The notes beneath the pieces were generated by a model, which was given only the letters and a program-made list of their open reading frames with translations, was not told where the DNA came from and did not search any database. From Balanoglossus misakiensis (taxonomy: Eukaryota; Animalia; Hemichordata): a stretch of DNA of 64,000 nucleotides. A program made the position numbers and the translations under genes. This document shows, piece after piece, positions 1-18,990 of the stretch (the stretch's first letter is position 1; the number at the start of each line of letters is the position of its first letter). The stretch is from NCBI GenBank assembly GCA_040954595.2, contig CM082577.2:2869603-2933602 (forward strand), written 5' to 3'.

Positions 1-4450
<4,450 letters not shown>

Positions 4451-6025
4451 CCGTGTGGCGTATGCATGTTACGTGCATATTAATTCTGTACGTGGTGGAC
4501 CTAGGTGTAGAGATTATGGTACCATATCATATATTGACTGTTTGAGTGAATCATAAGTTGTAGACTTGAAAAGTCTTGGAAGGTTTTTTGCTTTTAAAGT
4601 ACTTGAAATCTGCTAACCAGGGTCAATGCAATTTTCCTTTCGAGGGGTAGCTTTCAGCAAATTTTTTTATGGTGATGATTATGGTGTTTTTCGTCGATGC
4701 TTTTTAGCACTGCATCGTGTGGAATTTATTTCCTTGTTTTGTGCGAGTACAATTCATCAGGAGTTTATTGTCTGTGGCAATCAGATATGCAACTGTACAA
4801 TTGTGTTTATTGTGCATTTATGTCAAATGCAAAATCATGAGTGTGTGGAAAGGTCCCCCACTCCAATGACAAATTCAAAACCTGATATTAAATGAGATGA
4901 AGTGCATATACAAGTATATATACAACTCATTAAAGACCTGGTTCACGGTCATTTTCTTTAAACACGGAACACCGGTACATGTGGAAAAGGAAATTACCGG
5001 ACATACAGATCACAAAAGTACCTTTTTATTTACATTTACCAGAAATGAGGGTTTCTCAACAAAATTGTTATTATTGAGTTGTGAATGTGATATGAATGAT
5101 ATGAAATGCACTTCATATCAATACCACCTACTCCTTGCATTCATGTTGCTAAGCAACTGTGTCGTTTGTCCCGCTGATCTCTAAAAATGGAAGACGTGAA
5201 TTTTCAAGTTGTTTCATTTGATTATCGTCTTTAGCATATTATTCAGTACTGTGAGTCTAGCAATCTTTGTATTGAAGGAAATTAATAAAAGCACAACTAA
5301 CTGGTTCTAATTTGCAAACAGTAATGATGCAGCTATAGCTTTCGGAAAAAAAGAAATCTTTCATTAACATGGTTTATATTTTGTATCATATTACAGTGTA
5401 ACGACTTATTTTCAGAAACATTGCATAATTTCATATCAAATGAGGCGATTGGTATCAATGGGATATTTATATTGAAATCATTTTGAATGATCACGATATT
5501 AAAGTATTGATTGGCATAGATTTTAAAGATTAATTTGGTATTATGATTTATAATCATATTCATTCATTTGCTGGACTTTCACTGTTTTTTGTTGTGCATT
5601 GTGGCAAGAAGGCAATGCTTCATTTATTTTCGGAATAAAATTCTGTTAATAGGTACACGGCCACGCGGTAATTATGTGATGTTTTCTGACATATTAGCTG
5701 TAAGCTTTGGCTTTATTTTCAGTATTTTTGTTCTTGTACCAAATGGGATTTCTTGTTCTACTCCAAACAACATGCTAACAAACCCAAAACACTGTACTCC
5801 TCTTGTCAACATAGCCTATAGGTTCTACGAAAGTCAACCATAAAGATATATACATGCCGACAGAGAACAAAATAAATACAAGAAACTGATTCAAAAGCAT
5901 TTAAACCAAATAATATGGTATAGGTAGAGGTTCATGTAGTTCGGGCAGACCAAATCTAGACCCAGGCCATCATACATATAGGTCGCTCTTTTTGATGAAA
6001 CTTGTCAAAGCAGACAGCCACACGT

Positions 6026-9000
6026 TCAGGGCCTGACGAAAAACTCTGAACCATCTTCAGATGACAGATTCTGAAAACACAAAAAAAAGACAAATTTTAC
6101 GATCTCTTCCATACCTTCATATATTTGTAAAAAAGTAACATTTTTCTCTGATGAAACGTTAGGTTGGTTTATAATGTTACCCGTATGGGAGCATGAAGTA
6201 TAAGGATGGTCTTACACCAACGTTTTCAGTGAATTCATCCGCGCATGCCAGTCGTATTCTCTCCGAAGAAGCAGGGCTGTCCAATCGGAAGAATCCTGAG
6301 CGACCGGTGTCTGCTCGGGCAGATGAGATGGCGTCCTTGATGGCCAAAAATGCTGCGAATGCAAGATGGACTGGGGACTCTCCGACACTCTAGATATTCG
6401 AGAGAGAGAGAAAGAGAGAGGGAGAGGGGGGAGAGGGAGAGACAGACAGACAGGGACAGACAGAGACAGACGGACAGAGCATGAAAATGAAGATTCGACA
6501 TTATTTCAACGGCTACCTAAAATCATCGCTATGTGAGGTTGACCTTTACCTTGGCGGAATACAATCCAAACTCCCGATGTGAAGGTTTCAACAAAGTGAC
6601 GTTCAACTGACTGGGAATGTCCCCGACTCGCGGCACTCTGTACATCCCCGGACCCTTTGTGAGCAGCTTGCCGTCACGGGAATATCGTAGCTCCTCGACG
6701 ACATACAAACCATATCCCTGTAGAAAAGCTCCTTCAATCTAAAAGACAATAGCATTAAAAGATAAAAAGAAGTTTTTTATCCGGCTTACACAACGTTAAC
6801 AACACCTGGTGTATATAGACATGACCAACCATAGTACAGCAGTTTGAGAGAGTTCGATTGGCTGAAAGTGACCACGTGCATGGACCAGCTTCACCAGGTG
6901 CTTTGACACACTTCAGTGCGCGCGCAACTCTCCGTGTCACCACTTTCAGAGGGAAAGCATCGTGTTGGGTGGCGGCGGCGTGTTCATTCAAGTTACTAAA
7001 AACACGTTAGGAAGTTACTAGTATGTACCAAAACACGTTAACAAGTGAAGCAGAAAACCATGAAGAAACTGCCGAGGACGACCGGTTGTTCCAGGATTTT
7101 GGATAACTAGTTCTCGGGGAAAATTTGCAGGACTTTGTCGAAAGAAACCGCCGTTCCTTCAGGTTTGCCGAAGTCCGTCTAAAAGGTGAGACTACACCAT
7201 ACTCTTATGTTACTGATAATATAGCACGAGTACAGTTTAATACTCCCCAGAACAAGATGGTATTTCTGCACATTCATGGCACTTATCAAAGAGCGGGACC
7301 AGGGTCGTTCAGGGCAGGGTGAAAACGGGGATTTTAGGCTCCGTCAATCGCTCAGTTTGTGACCGTGCCATACTGTTACCCATGTGGCCATCTAATATGG
7401 CCACATACGTATTTTTAAAGTTGGCATTCGGAGGAATTTGTGTCATTCTGACTGTCCAATATTTACCTGTCCGATGTCCAAAGCCGGGTTCAGGCTGGCA
7501 CCAGCATCCGTAACTATATCAGCGCGCCTCAACTGGTGGTCCCCTGTCAAGCAATCTATCTCCACTTCACAGCACGCCGCGCCGTAGCTTTGGTAAAACG
7601 AAGGCTTGCTATCCCTGGGATTGTCCCAATTGAAAGAAATTTCGTCGGGATATCTGTAAATCACGGAGAAATTAAATCCGAAGGCTATCCCAAAATACTC
7701 AATTTACATTGTATTTAAACGTTACAGACAGTTAGTCACAAACGATAACATTTTAGCCGACGAGGTGGAATTTTAATTGACATAAGTAACTCCAATGGAA
7801 CTGAAAACAATAATCATGTTCTTTTCCTAAGAGAGCAGTGAAATCTGACTTTGTTCGTGTATCCCATGCTACTCTGATCTGCATCCATTTACATATTTTT
7901 TTAAAGAATAAAAGTACGTTGATACTGGATTTTATGAAAACGCGCCGTACTTACTTGAAGAACCCAGACGCGGAGAGACTCACTCTGTTCTTGTACGCAG
8001 AAGCCACCTGAAATTGGTTTAAATTACAAGTCATCTGAAAATGATTGCAGTTCACTAAATAGCTAGTTCCTATAATACAGCTATCGGAATGTGGCACGGA
8101 TTGGTCTAATCGTTTCGATGTCAGTTGTAAACCCAGGCTAATTTATGCATGTGATGGCAAATGAGGTAATGAACTAATGAGATGCGCCTCGATTTTTTGA
8201 AGTTTACATCTCGGTAATTGTCACGCAATTGAACTGATCCTGCAACTTACCCAGTCTTCCCATGATCCCTTGGGATTCTCTTCCATAAATGGCCCCAGTC
8301 TTTTCATCAACGTTTCGCAAGCTATCTGTCAGGAGGCAAATAGGAAAGAAGTGAAAAGGTTGAGGGAAAGTTGTTTCATTTGCGCAAGACAGTTTGTGAC
8401 ATGGGCAGTTTGTGTCCGAGATGTGCTGTATCGATGTATGCATGCAGACCTTTGCTGTACTTATTTTGTTCAGACCTTGGTTGTACTGATTTGCGAAGAC
8501 TTGACCCTACCTTCACGGCGCTTCCATTCAAATCCGTTCCCGTTGACGCCGCTGTTATTGAGCTGTTTGGAATCTTGTCTGTGCTCATCTCAGTGATGTG
8601 GATTCGTTCTTGCGGTATCCGTAGCACGTGACTGGCAATCTGCACCGTTTTGGTGAACAGACCCTGCCCCATCTCTATCCCTCCGTGTGTGATCAACACG
8701 GAACCATCCACATACACGTGAACTAAAGCCGTTGCCTGAAATTGCAATTCTGGGTGGTTTATAAAATTTAGTATGACAAACGTTTGGTTGAATGGCTCTT
8801 TTGTGATTAATCCATTTTAAATATCCAAGCAAATGTTCTTTAAATTTATGTATCCCATAACAGACGTATTGGCATATCGGACACCATTCTCATGTTATTA
8901 AAATTACACATAGCATATACTGTATTATATCCCAGAACGTATCAAAAGTATAACTAGTAAATCTTGTTTCAACTTAATGAGACTAGAAACAGCGTAGATC

Positions 9001-12000
9001 ATTTCTACCTTAAAATACAAATCTTAATTAACGAGTACTACTTCAAAGTATACGGCCAAAACGGCCAACAAAATTGTTACCTGGTCGAGACATGGAAACT
9101 GAAATCCAGTTAGTCTCTTCAATGGTACGACAGCTAATCCCCGTTTCTTCCAATGATTTGTGCTACAAATAAAAATACGCTCCGGTGAAAATAACACAAA
9201 TGTAAACATTTTGACTAGAAATGATGGAGGCACGTGTGACTCGTGCATATAGGAAAACTTAATAGTCATAAATTATCTCGTCGGCATTGTACATCGATAG
9301 ACATTTTCAGTTTTCTGGCGCAAAAGACGGAATAATTCGTATTTCCCTTCGAATGATGAATAGTGAGCATGTGCACAAATGACTTGCCTGTTAAAATCAT
9401 TAATTTCCATTCTACGCCGATGGAACTGACTTTTCTGAAGACATTCATCCCAGCATCTCTGCAGATTTGCAATATCTTTATCTTCTTGGTGAAAAAAGGG
9501 CACATCGCCAACTCTGGACAAGTTAATTTCCCGCAACTGGAGTGGAGAAAAATAAAGCTGACGACACTCCAACTCCGTTTCGATGCATTGACTCGATTGA
9601 ATTTGTGAAACGCATATCTAGAACGGTTACTGTACAAACAAATTCCAATACGTCGAGTGGTTTTAGAGACTGAAGATTTTTTAAACAAAAATGAAGAAAA
9701 TCACAAAAAATTGCGAACCACAGAAAATTTCAGATTTAAGAACAAAATTTGCGATTAGAGGCTGCGGGAGCAATATATACCGACAAAGCCAACCTTTTCA
9801 GCGGGAACCCCAGTCTTCTTTGCAACATGGTCCATGATCACCTCGATCACTGCCACGCTTGTAGGAGTAGCAGCAGAGCGCATTGACACACATACTGAAA
9901 TATTCGTCTTACAGGCCTTTGACACTATCCTCAAGGCGGGCACCTTGTATGGACTTAGTAACTGCATTGTTGCTTTCCCAATGATCTAGGTTGAAAGAGG
10001 CAAAGTATTAATTTGTAGGTTGTGTGTGTTTGGAATCTAGACCTAGTCGTCAATGAATTTTCAGAGATATATTGAACAAGGTACTATACCACAATCTCCC
10101 TCTGCTAGATAAGTAGCTCTTGGACAAATGAACACTGCGATATGGCTCCACTGTACACACGTTTGGTCGAAGAATATAATCTATAAGAATTCTCCAAAGT
10201 AAATTAAATGATGGTAGATAAATTGTAACAGTAACAGTGATTTCTCTTACACTGATAGATTGCCCCTCGGTACAGCCCCCATTCACATACAGTTCCACAT
10301 CTAGCGCCTTGAGCAGACCATCCTGGGTGCAGCCGACCTTGTACTTAGCCAGTGCTGAATGCCTTGTCCCACTGTATTGCATATCGTCGTCTCTTCCAAA
10401 CAGAAGTCTTACCGGTTTCCCAGTTCTGATGGGTTAAACAATTTCAACACATTTATTAATTATATGTAGGCAAACAGTTCACACTTGGATTCATCCTAAC
10501 TGTGAGGACATATACCGACCAATGGTATCTTAGAAAAAAAAAACAGAAAGGGGGCTTTAAAAAGCATATCGAAAACGCAAGTATATTGTCAAAATGGAGA
10601 AAAAACCTTCCACATTTCTGTGCTTACTTTTTGGCAGCAACAGCACAACACCTTGCCACTCCCGTCGCATGAATTTGTTTTCCACCAAACGCACCCCCGA
10701 GCCTTCTCGTCTTAACTGTGATCTTGCTTGCTGAAACGCCAAGTGTTTCGGCCACTTGCATCTAATCAGGAAAAAGGTCTAATTAGTGGAGTTGTTAGTT
10801 TTGTCCCTTCTTTTCACCCCCATCAAATCTTTTTCCGATCTCCAACACAGACTTTGGTGGTGGCCATCTTGTCTGTTGTCAGGACAGCGCACTGCCTTAT
10901 GGCATTGACTGTATACAATTTTTGTAACCAGAGTCTCTGGTTTGGCACATGCGCCCTTTAAGCCAGCTTGTCACACACTGGCACTTGTTATTGGCTGACC
11001 TGCACATCATGTGGCCATTGTGTCGACGACAAAACCAGCATCTCATCTTTCACCAGAGGCTTGACGATGCAACTCTGTGTTTCCATGTAGTAATGACTCT
11101 GTCCACCGACGTACAATTCCCCTTCGACCACCAGGTCCGACTTTTCCAATTCCTCCGCAACATTGCCTTCTTGGACGCGACGAAACGGCTGGAAGAAGGA
11201 ATTCTGTTTGATCGCTTCCTGTGAGATGGAACAAAAATGTCTTTGTCTGACTCTTTTATTTACGATATCCATTCGTGACAGTAATTTCAAAGTGACAGCT
11301 AGATAAGAAGCTGGTCCCGTGCACTATTTGCTATTGAGTATGCCCGTCGTAAGGCTCCAACGCTAAACATAAATATACACGGCGCATTTCTCCGTTTGTC
11401 TGGTACATCGATTATCTTTCATTTGCAGTTTATAATCTAATATCTTCTACATTAGTCATGAGAATTTACAGGTTCTTTTTCCATGGCAGTGCCGTCTCCC
11501 CTGTACGGGAATTAAAATCATGTATACCTCTATGGTCAATATGTAATCTTGATCCCCATAGACAACTTTGATGAGTTTTACTGCTCCGCGAGCCAGTTCT
11601 TGACTTTCTGCTACAATTCCTCCAATCGGCTGACCGACGTGTATGACCTCCGGAAGAATTACAAAAGATGTCATTTGAATGTGGTAAAACTCACTGACTC
11701 ACCCACCCTCTCTCACCCATTCACTCACTCACTCTCTTGTCGTAAAACACGGACACGATCTTCCCTACATGAACCCTTGGTTGTGAGTATAGCTGTAGTT
11801 GTGAACTGCAACGTGTTTCACAAGAATAAAGTCTGTGAAACTTGTACCTTTTCTGTTGCAAAGGTCTCTACATCTTCATCTCCCAGATATTTGCCAGGCC
11901 ACGTGTTTTTGCCAGGTACATCTGTGGCATCCACATAACAATGGACACCATCCAATGACAGGGCAGCTGATGCATCAACTGATCTATTGAGCAATAATTA

Positions 12001-15000
12001 ATAATTGAACGGGCTTGCAGATATTGAGACTGGACTTTACATGTAGGCCTGACACTACTTACATTTTGACGTAGCACTACCTGTTAGAAATTTACGCTGG
12101 ATTGAATGAAAAAACAAACATTGCTTACATGATTTTGGCATGTGGACGGGTACTAAATAGGATGGCCATGTGCAGTTCATCTGCAAATTAAATAGAATAA
12201 ACGAAAAGTAAAGGAAACGATGATGTTTCATAATAATTCATGCCATGTGCATCGCCCGTGCACCGACCTTAGCAATGGTATTATGATTATCGTAGCTGCA
12301 GGCCTATATTGACGTGATGTCCGAGTGTCGACGACCACCTGCTATTTCTATCACCAATGACTGACATTTTCATAGGAAAGTGGAAACAAAATTCAATTCG
12401 TAGATAGTTAACAGGCCCTTGCTGGGTAAAATTTTCAGAGACTATCAATGATCACGTGGACCCATTTCACGTGGGCATATACACCTGGACCTTACCAGGT
12501 TCATGCGGCACATCGCCGCAGAAGACCGCTTCTCCAGTGACCATCTGGTATCCAGACTCGATCATAACCGGTCGTCCAATAGGATCGGTTGCTGCCTGCC
12601 CATCCGGCACATCCTTGAAAGAAAGGTTAAAACTTGAATACCGTGGTCGGTAATTTTCAAGTCGGTGCAGATTAATGGACACGTGATCAAAGTTAACTTC
12701 ACAGAAGAAGTATACACTTGTCCGAAACCAAGTCATGTGATCGTTTTAATGATCGCTGCACTTACCCGATACAGTTGAAGACCAGTGTGCTCCGCCTTTT
12801 CTATATCAAACAGTGCAGATTTGTCAAAGTTCGACACGGACTGGCCTCCTTCAGTACTTGCAGACTTCAATACAAGAGTCAGATTAAGAGGTGTATCATT
12901 GTACAAAATGGGTCTGGCCATTAGTCATCATTTCAAACGAGCAAATTGCCAATTGAACACACGCAGTTGCGTCAAAAGTAAACAAAGAAATTCAATGAAG
13001 GGATTAAATGCTCACCATTTCTGAGCAAAGTTCATTCAACACTTTCAAGTAGAACTTGAAGAAGAAACTCTGTCGTAGCGAACGTCTGTATTCCACAAGT
13101 CCCCCGTGGGGCGATAGAGGGAGCTCGTTGATCATACGCAGAACATCATTCAGCAGTTCCTCATTCCATTTCCTTTCAACATCAAAATTGAAGAAAGTTT
13201 TCTCATAGTAATTTGCATAAGGATGCATTATTGCACCGCTAACCCGCCACAAGCTCATTACAAATTTCTAATACGCTATATTTTCTCCCAGTTAATGCCC
13301 CAACACCATGAGATAGCATATACAAAATCGCTATTTATAAAACGGGTATCTTGCAATGGCAAACATCCATACCTGCCCACCATTTTGTCGGTCACTTCGT
13401 TTGCCATGGCAACAGTTGGTCCAGTTCCTCCAAAACTGAGAGCAGCCTCCCTGATGACGTCGGTGTTCTCATCGAACAAAACCCTAAGTCCAGCATTTAC
13501 CATGGCAACGTCTGTGTCTCGGCGGTGAGCTTGATTCTTTAGTTTGTATCCGCCGTAAAATTCATTCTTAGTCGAAAAGAAAGAAGTCAACCGCTTTAGA
13601 TCTCAAAACGGGAAACACAGATCCCAGTCAAAAGTGATTTTCTTTATAAAATGTATTTTTATGTACAATCACTCCGGAATATACACGTATCGATCACAAT
13701 AACATTCATCGTGGAGGACATGATGAGTTGATATTCTGAAGATACGCTCAAAATGAGCTTTTCAGAAAACCAAGTACATGTACATGAACATGTATGGCTT
13801 TGAGGAGACATTATATTGAATTACCTCCCGAGATGTGGGGATTGTGATGGACACCAATATTTCGTCGCTCTTCAAACACGTTTTCCTGTATGCCGGAAAA
13901 AATGAGCCGTCAAGGACCAAGGTACGAAGTCCTCCTACAAAAACATGAAATAGGCATAGTAAGAATTTTTGACAGAAGTACCTTATCATGGGATATCCAC
14001 GTAGTTCACTGAAACAAGCTCAATGATGGCCTTGTCAGCGAACGCAATACATGAATATTTCCGTTACTGAATTTCTGGCCAATCCCCAAATTGTGCTGCA
14101 ACAGTTTTCATATAATAGGAACACAATGCAGTGTTTAAGCTACGCTACCCTTCACTGACGCCACTGTGGCTGTAGCTCCGGCCGCCATTAAAAGTGGAAT
14201 CAGATCAGATAGAGGACTTGCTGCCAAGATGTTGCCACCAAAGCTCTGTCGGATAAATCAGAACGAAACAATGAAAACAGCATAACAGCTGTCGCAAAGG
14301 TGATCTCAACTGGCGTGTATGTAACCCTCGAGGCAAACATCTTTTTATATGAATACAACCTTTATAACGACATCTGATACACGTGTTTAATCTCTTGTTC
14401 TTTAGTTTCTATTAACCTGTGTCAGATATTTGAATAACTCACTGAAACATTTCTCAACTGACAGGCCCCAATCTGTTGTAACATTCCCAGTAATTCCGCA
14501 TAAAACCGGCCCCTAGAAGCTGAAATTGCATAAAATGGATTCGGTTAATCTTTTATCCATATGTCGTTCGAAAAGTGCAGCCTGCTCATCACCATATACA
14601 TGAATATCATAAAATTTCAAAAGTTAACATTTCATGCACTACAATTAAAGTAGGCATGAGATGAAAGTGTTAAATTGTATGAAATTAGACTTGCGTGGCA
14701 ATGCCTTCCCGCGTTTCTCCAACACTTCACACACTCGAGTCATATTGACGGAAGATCCAATGACGATTGCGTCATCTTTAACATCTACTTGTAGTAGTTC
14801 TGTCACGTGTGCCACTGACACCAACGTCTTGTGGGGCAGCCTCTTCAATACTGGATTAAATGCTGCATTTGAATTAGTGAAAAAAGAAACAGAAAAACAT
14901 TTGAAAATCAAGCATGTGTCAAATCATAGCCCCACTTGCCCAGACTTTAACAGACTTGAAACATTTATGTAGTTTCTTGTTCACACGATTGAGAGTCTAT

Positions 15001-17971
15001 CGTTCATTTGGATAGTAAAAACATTACTCACCAACTTCAGCATTTCCGACAACCAACACGGCATCCGGTATGTCTGATTTTAATGTCAGCAAATCTTTGA
15101 GAGTTGTCGGTCGGATCCAGGTAGTGGATTTGCCAACAAACTTTACGGTTCCTGAACTGTTTTTGTCATTAAGCTATCGGAAAAGAAATAAGCTTACACA
15201 GCCATTTATTTGAGAAGTATTTTAAATCCTCTAGATTTTAAATGTTAATTGTTATTATGTATGCATGAGTCCGTACATTAGAATCGGCATGTTTTGCATT
15301 TTATGTGTCATTACCTGCAATTCCGAGGGGAATATTGGTTCTTGGGTCGGATCATAGGGTGCAAAGTCTGACCTTGTAAGACCAGATACCATCTACAGAA
15401 AAAAGTGAATGAAAAAGTACATTTCTTTTTTTCATTTGTGTTTTCCATGAATTTGTTGTTCAAATGTTTGTGGTATCGGAGGCTTACCCCATCGTCTTCA
15501 TCTGCGCCGCCATGACAGACAGAAGGGTTTCCACAGCAACCATTCTACACGAAATACAACACATATATGAAAAAATAGTGATGTTTGATTGAGAGTTTAT
15601 CAACTGGCAGGACGTTTTTCGGTATTTCATTTTAGACCGGTGGATCTTGGCTGGGCTTGGTTGTCTATAACCCAAATACAAAAATCTGCTAAGGATATCT
15701 TTGTAACTCATACCCAGTTTATTACATACTGTGATAGACTGGGTCGTTCTTTTCAACGTTGGCTTACTGGTTATTTCGCTCATCAATACATACGGTTTGG
15801 AACTCCCGCCAAACACTCACCCCGCCGAATGTCTTGAAAGCTTCCAGGATTGGCCGATAGCCAGTGCACCGGCAGAGGTTTCCATGGAGACAAGACTCGA
15901 CGTCACCACTGCCTGGCCGCGGGTTGTTGCGCAGCAGTGTGTACATTGACATGATCATTCCGGGCGTGCAGAATCCACACTGCATTCCGTGAGACTTTGC
16001 CAGACGTTCCTGTTCCATGCAACAACGAGGAAATCTGGCTTTAGTCCAGTCAGACTGAAACTCTTCAAATCGGTGTAGGGTACACATTTTGGTGACTGGT
16101 GTTTTAATTTCCTAACTGTGATTTATTTTCTTCTTGTAGCAGTGTGGTTAAGTGGCAAAGCCTATATGGAAAATATATGGGTATAGATTTCTACCACGTT
16201 TAATTAATAATTCCGAAGCTAAATTAACGTTTGATCAATCATGTGCTAACTCCAAAGACAGAACTTTTAGACTGAAGAAAAGTAAACATATCATCTCTTC
16301 AACCTCTCACTAGAGCGAGTTGTCTCCCTTTTTACCCACAATGCAATTATTATGACGTGATTTGACCCCCCAGCACGATGTAAGGTAGCAAGAATCCTGC
16401 TATTACCTGCACAGGGTGCAGCTGAGTTCTGGTTGAGCCAATTCCTTCGACCGTTGTCACAGCCATTCCGTGTACTGCACATACGGATGTGTAGCAGGCA
16501 TTGATGGCATGATGACTACATACTAGTCAAGGAGAAAGCCATGTATTAAAAGAAGACAATCACATGCCCGTGTATTGTTAAAATGATGTGCCTTATATAG
16601 TAATGTAATGTCAGTACCCAACATCTTACTGGTGTCGTGTGTGTGTATCACTAAACTCGTTCAAAAATCGTAAACGGACTTTCCAGGACGTCTTTGCACC
16701 TATACAAAGAGACTCGGTGATTACTAAGGAAAGTGGTAGCCATTTCAAGGGATACACGATCTTCTTTTGTATGTGGTCGTAGGATGACAACATGACGGTG
16801 CACGCACCGCACCCTCCTTCACCACAGCTGTATTTGGCTCCTTTCAAATATACTGAAACAAAGATGGCGACGTCAAGGAAAACTTTTGGCTCCTTTTCAA
16901 ACTGAACATACTGACAACAGAATGAGGATGTCAAAGGAGAAATATGAGTTATTGAGAATGCCAATGTGTGTTTATATTATGGACACGAACAAAGGATACG
17001 CTTTCCTCTTAGGTACGATAACAATGTCGTATCAGGATCGACATGGCCGTCAACAACCTGTCGGAAAAAGTTTATTTATTAATTGATTGATTTATTGTAT
17101 TTGTTTGTTGATTTATTTAGTTCCTATATCAGGTGTCTTTAATGCAATTCTTTGTCGTGTACAGCTTTTAGCTAAAAACCCAACTCTCTGCTGGGTAAAT
17201 AATCAAAATGTTCATAGATGGACTCATTTATGCTGTCTTGATCAGCAGATTGGAAAATATCCATTTTCTCGTTGTTAATGCCATTAGCGTGGTGTTTGTG
17301 TTTTCTGGTTTTCCCGGCGTATGTGGACGACAGACTGTGTTATTGGCCGCTTTACATTGCTTTACGAGAGCACGGAGTTCGTGTTTGCGACGTGTTTGTG
17401 ATATTATTGGCTGTCTTATGTTATCATCACTATAAACATAGTCAACTTCAACGAGAACACGAATTCATATAGCGAAAATGCATGGAAAGTTGACGATTGG
17501 ACTGACCCAAGTAAAAAAAGCATTGTGGGTTCTCTGATCCAGTTGAACATTTTCCCACTAAAGACACCTTAAATTATTTCAAAATTTATCCAAATCGCAT
17601 TCAATATGAAAGCATGGGCACCACTACGCCCGTTTTACTTAAAATTTTGCCCCCCGCAGTACACGTGACATTTTACAAACATTTAAGTAGTGAACTGTGA
17701 AATCAGGTCAAATGGTGACCCGGTATACGGTAGACGCGGGGGTGAAGATCCCAAAACATAACCTGGAAGAGTTGTACTTTCTATTCTTTGACAAAATTGC
17801 TCAAATTCATACCCCGCCAAAGGAAATGTGTAAGGGGCGGCACATGTGTGTGTGTAAATATATATAGGCCTAGCCCTAAAGGCGTCGATCACGAACCTTT
17901 TTTCCGTTGACGTAGAAAACCAGTGCGTCCCTGGTCGTCTGCTGAACGCCAGAGTGAACAGAGCAAGCCAT
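6026..17971 (-). CDS. xanthine dehydrogenase / aldehyde oxidase family molybdo-flavoenzyme, complete multi-exon gene
   Basis: Start [15 protein letters not shown]; [12 protein letters not shown]; 2Fe-2S motifs [30 protein letters not shown]; FAD region [31 protein letters not shown]; Moco region [50 protein letters not shown]; stop at 6026-6028 after FFVRP. Confidence 0.93.
6399..6480. repeat. (GA)n/(GACA)n microsatellite in XDH-like intron
   Basis: gagagagagagaaagagagag...gacagacagacag. Confidence 0.85.
10795..10961 (-). repeat. interspersed repeat, inverted copy of 40134-40275
   Basis: tctctggtttggcacatgcgc / gcactgccttatggcattg / atctcc..cacagact are the reverse complement of blocks at 40134-40275; terminus ttaaaggg. 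Confidence 0.75.
16516..16755 (-). other. U12-type (minor spliceosome) intron, XDH-like coding intron 3
   Basis: minus strand donor GT|GTATCCCTT, branch point TCCTTGAC (16526-16533) ~10 nt before AG; joins KKIV|HHAINAC in frame. Confidence 0.85.
16853..16999 (-). other. U12-type (minor spliceosome) intron, XDH-like coding intron 2
   Basis: minus strand donor GTATCCTTT, branch point TTTTCCTTGAC (16872-16882); joins YLRGK-L|YLKGAKYSC in frame. Confidence 0.9.
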
Positions 17972-18819
17972 GGTTCCCGGTGCCTGTTGTGGGGGTGGTT
18001 GCCGTGTTCCAAGCTCCAGTCGGGGGTACACGTCTATCCGACAGGCGCAACACCGGAACGTATGAGCCCAGCAGTGGGGAAAAGGCAACGGTAGACGAAG
18101 CCCGTCACGGTGACCCTGAAAACCGCGCAGAACTCTCACCTTAAGGTACTTAGTGCTAGATTAGGGACCGTCGCATATTGCCGCATATGTCCAAAAACAC
18201 CGAAATTCCCCGCGTGGATTATACCCCCTTCCCCAAACAGCACCAAAATAAGTGCGAAAGCAAAGTTCACCGTAACTGAAGTCAAAACAGTCTCCCCAAA
18301 CAAAAATAAAATCGCTGTTAACTTTGAACTCGTGAGACAATTCAAATGATTTGAGACGGTCCCTCACAGAATGACACAGCCCAGCTTTGCATTATCAATC
18401 AAGAGGAAATAACCATGGTGACGAGAATGTTTTACGAATTAAGGTCACAATATATAATGAGATAAAACACAACCGTTATTATACATATAAGATAGGTACA
18501 TACACGCGCTTATATGTACATTAAAGCCACTAGTATCCGCAATTACAGGCGTGGGCAACTTGTCATTTTGATAGTGTGACGTGGAAGAGAAGGTTCACAT
18601 ACTGTTCCGATATGAAGCTAGCCATTTATCGCCACCCTTTTTTTATTTAATAGTCAGTTCTTATTGGTGGACATTCAGGTTATTTTTCATAGCTGTCGTC
18701 TGTAAAGCATGTCTCTGCACTAAGCATGGCAGTTTTTTTTCAATGTGACGTTCTCATCTGATCGCTTTGTGAAACATCGCCTCGAAAACCAAAGTCTAAA
18801 ACTTTTTCTCATATTTTGC

Positions 18820-18990
18820 CCGCTCAAGGCAACTTTAGATTATATATTCCCATTCAAAATTCAGAATAAAAATTGGGAGTCACCATGCAAAGTGTTGAAT
18901 GAGTGAGCTAAATTGCTGCAAATTTGAAATTCAAAATGGCCGTCAATCCCTGTGTTAACTCTATGGAGAAAAATTTAAGCATGATTTTTT
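18820..18990 (+). repeat. interspersed repeat, same family as 2590-2790
   Basis: ctcaaggcaactttag..aaaattcagaataaaaattggg..aaattcaaaatggc..ctatggagaaaa. Confidence 0.7.
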
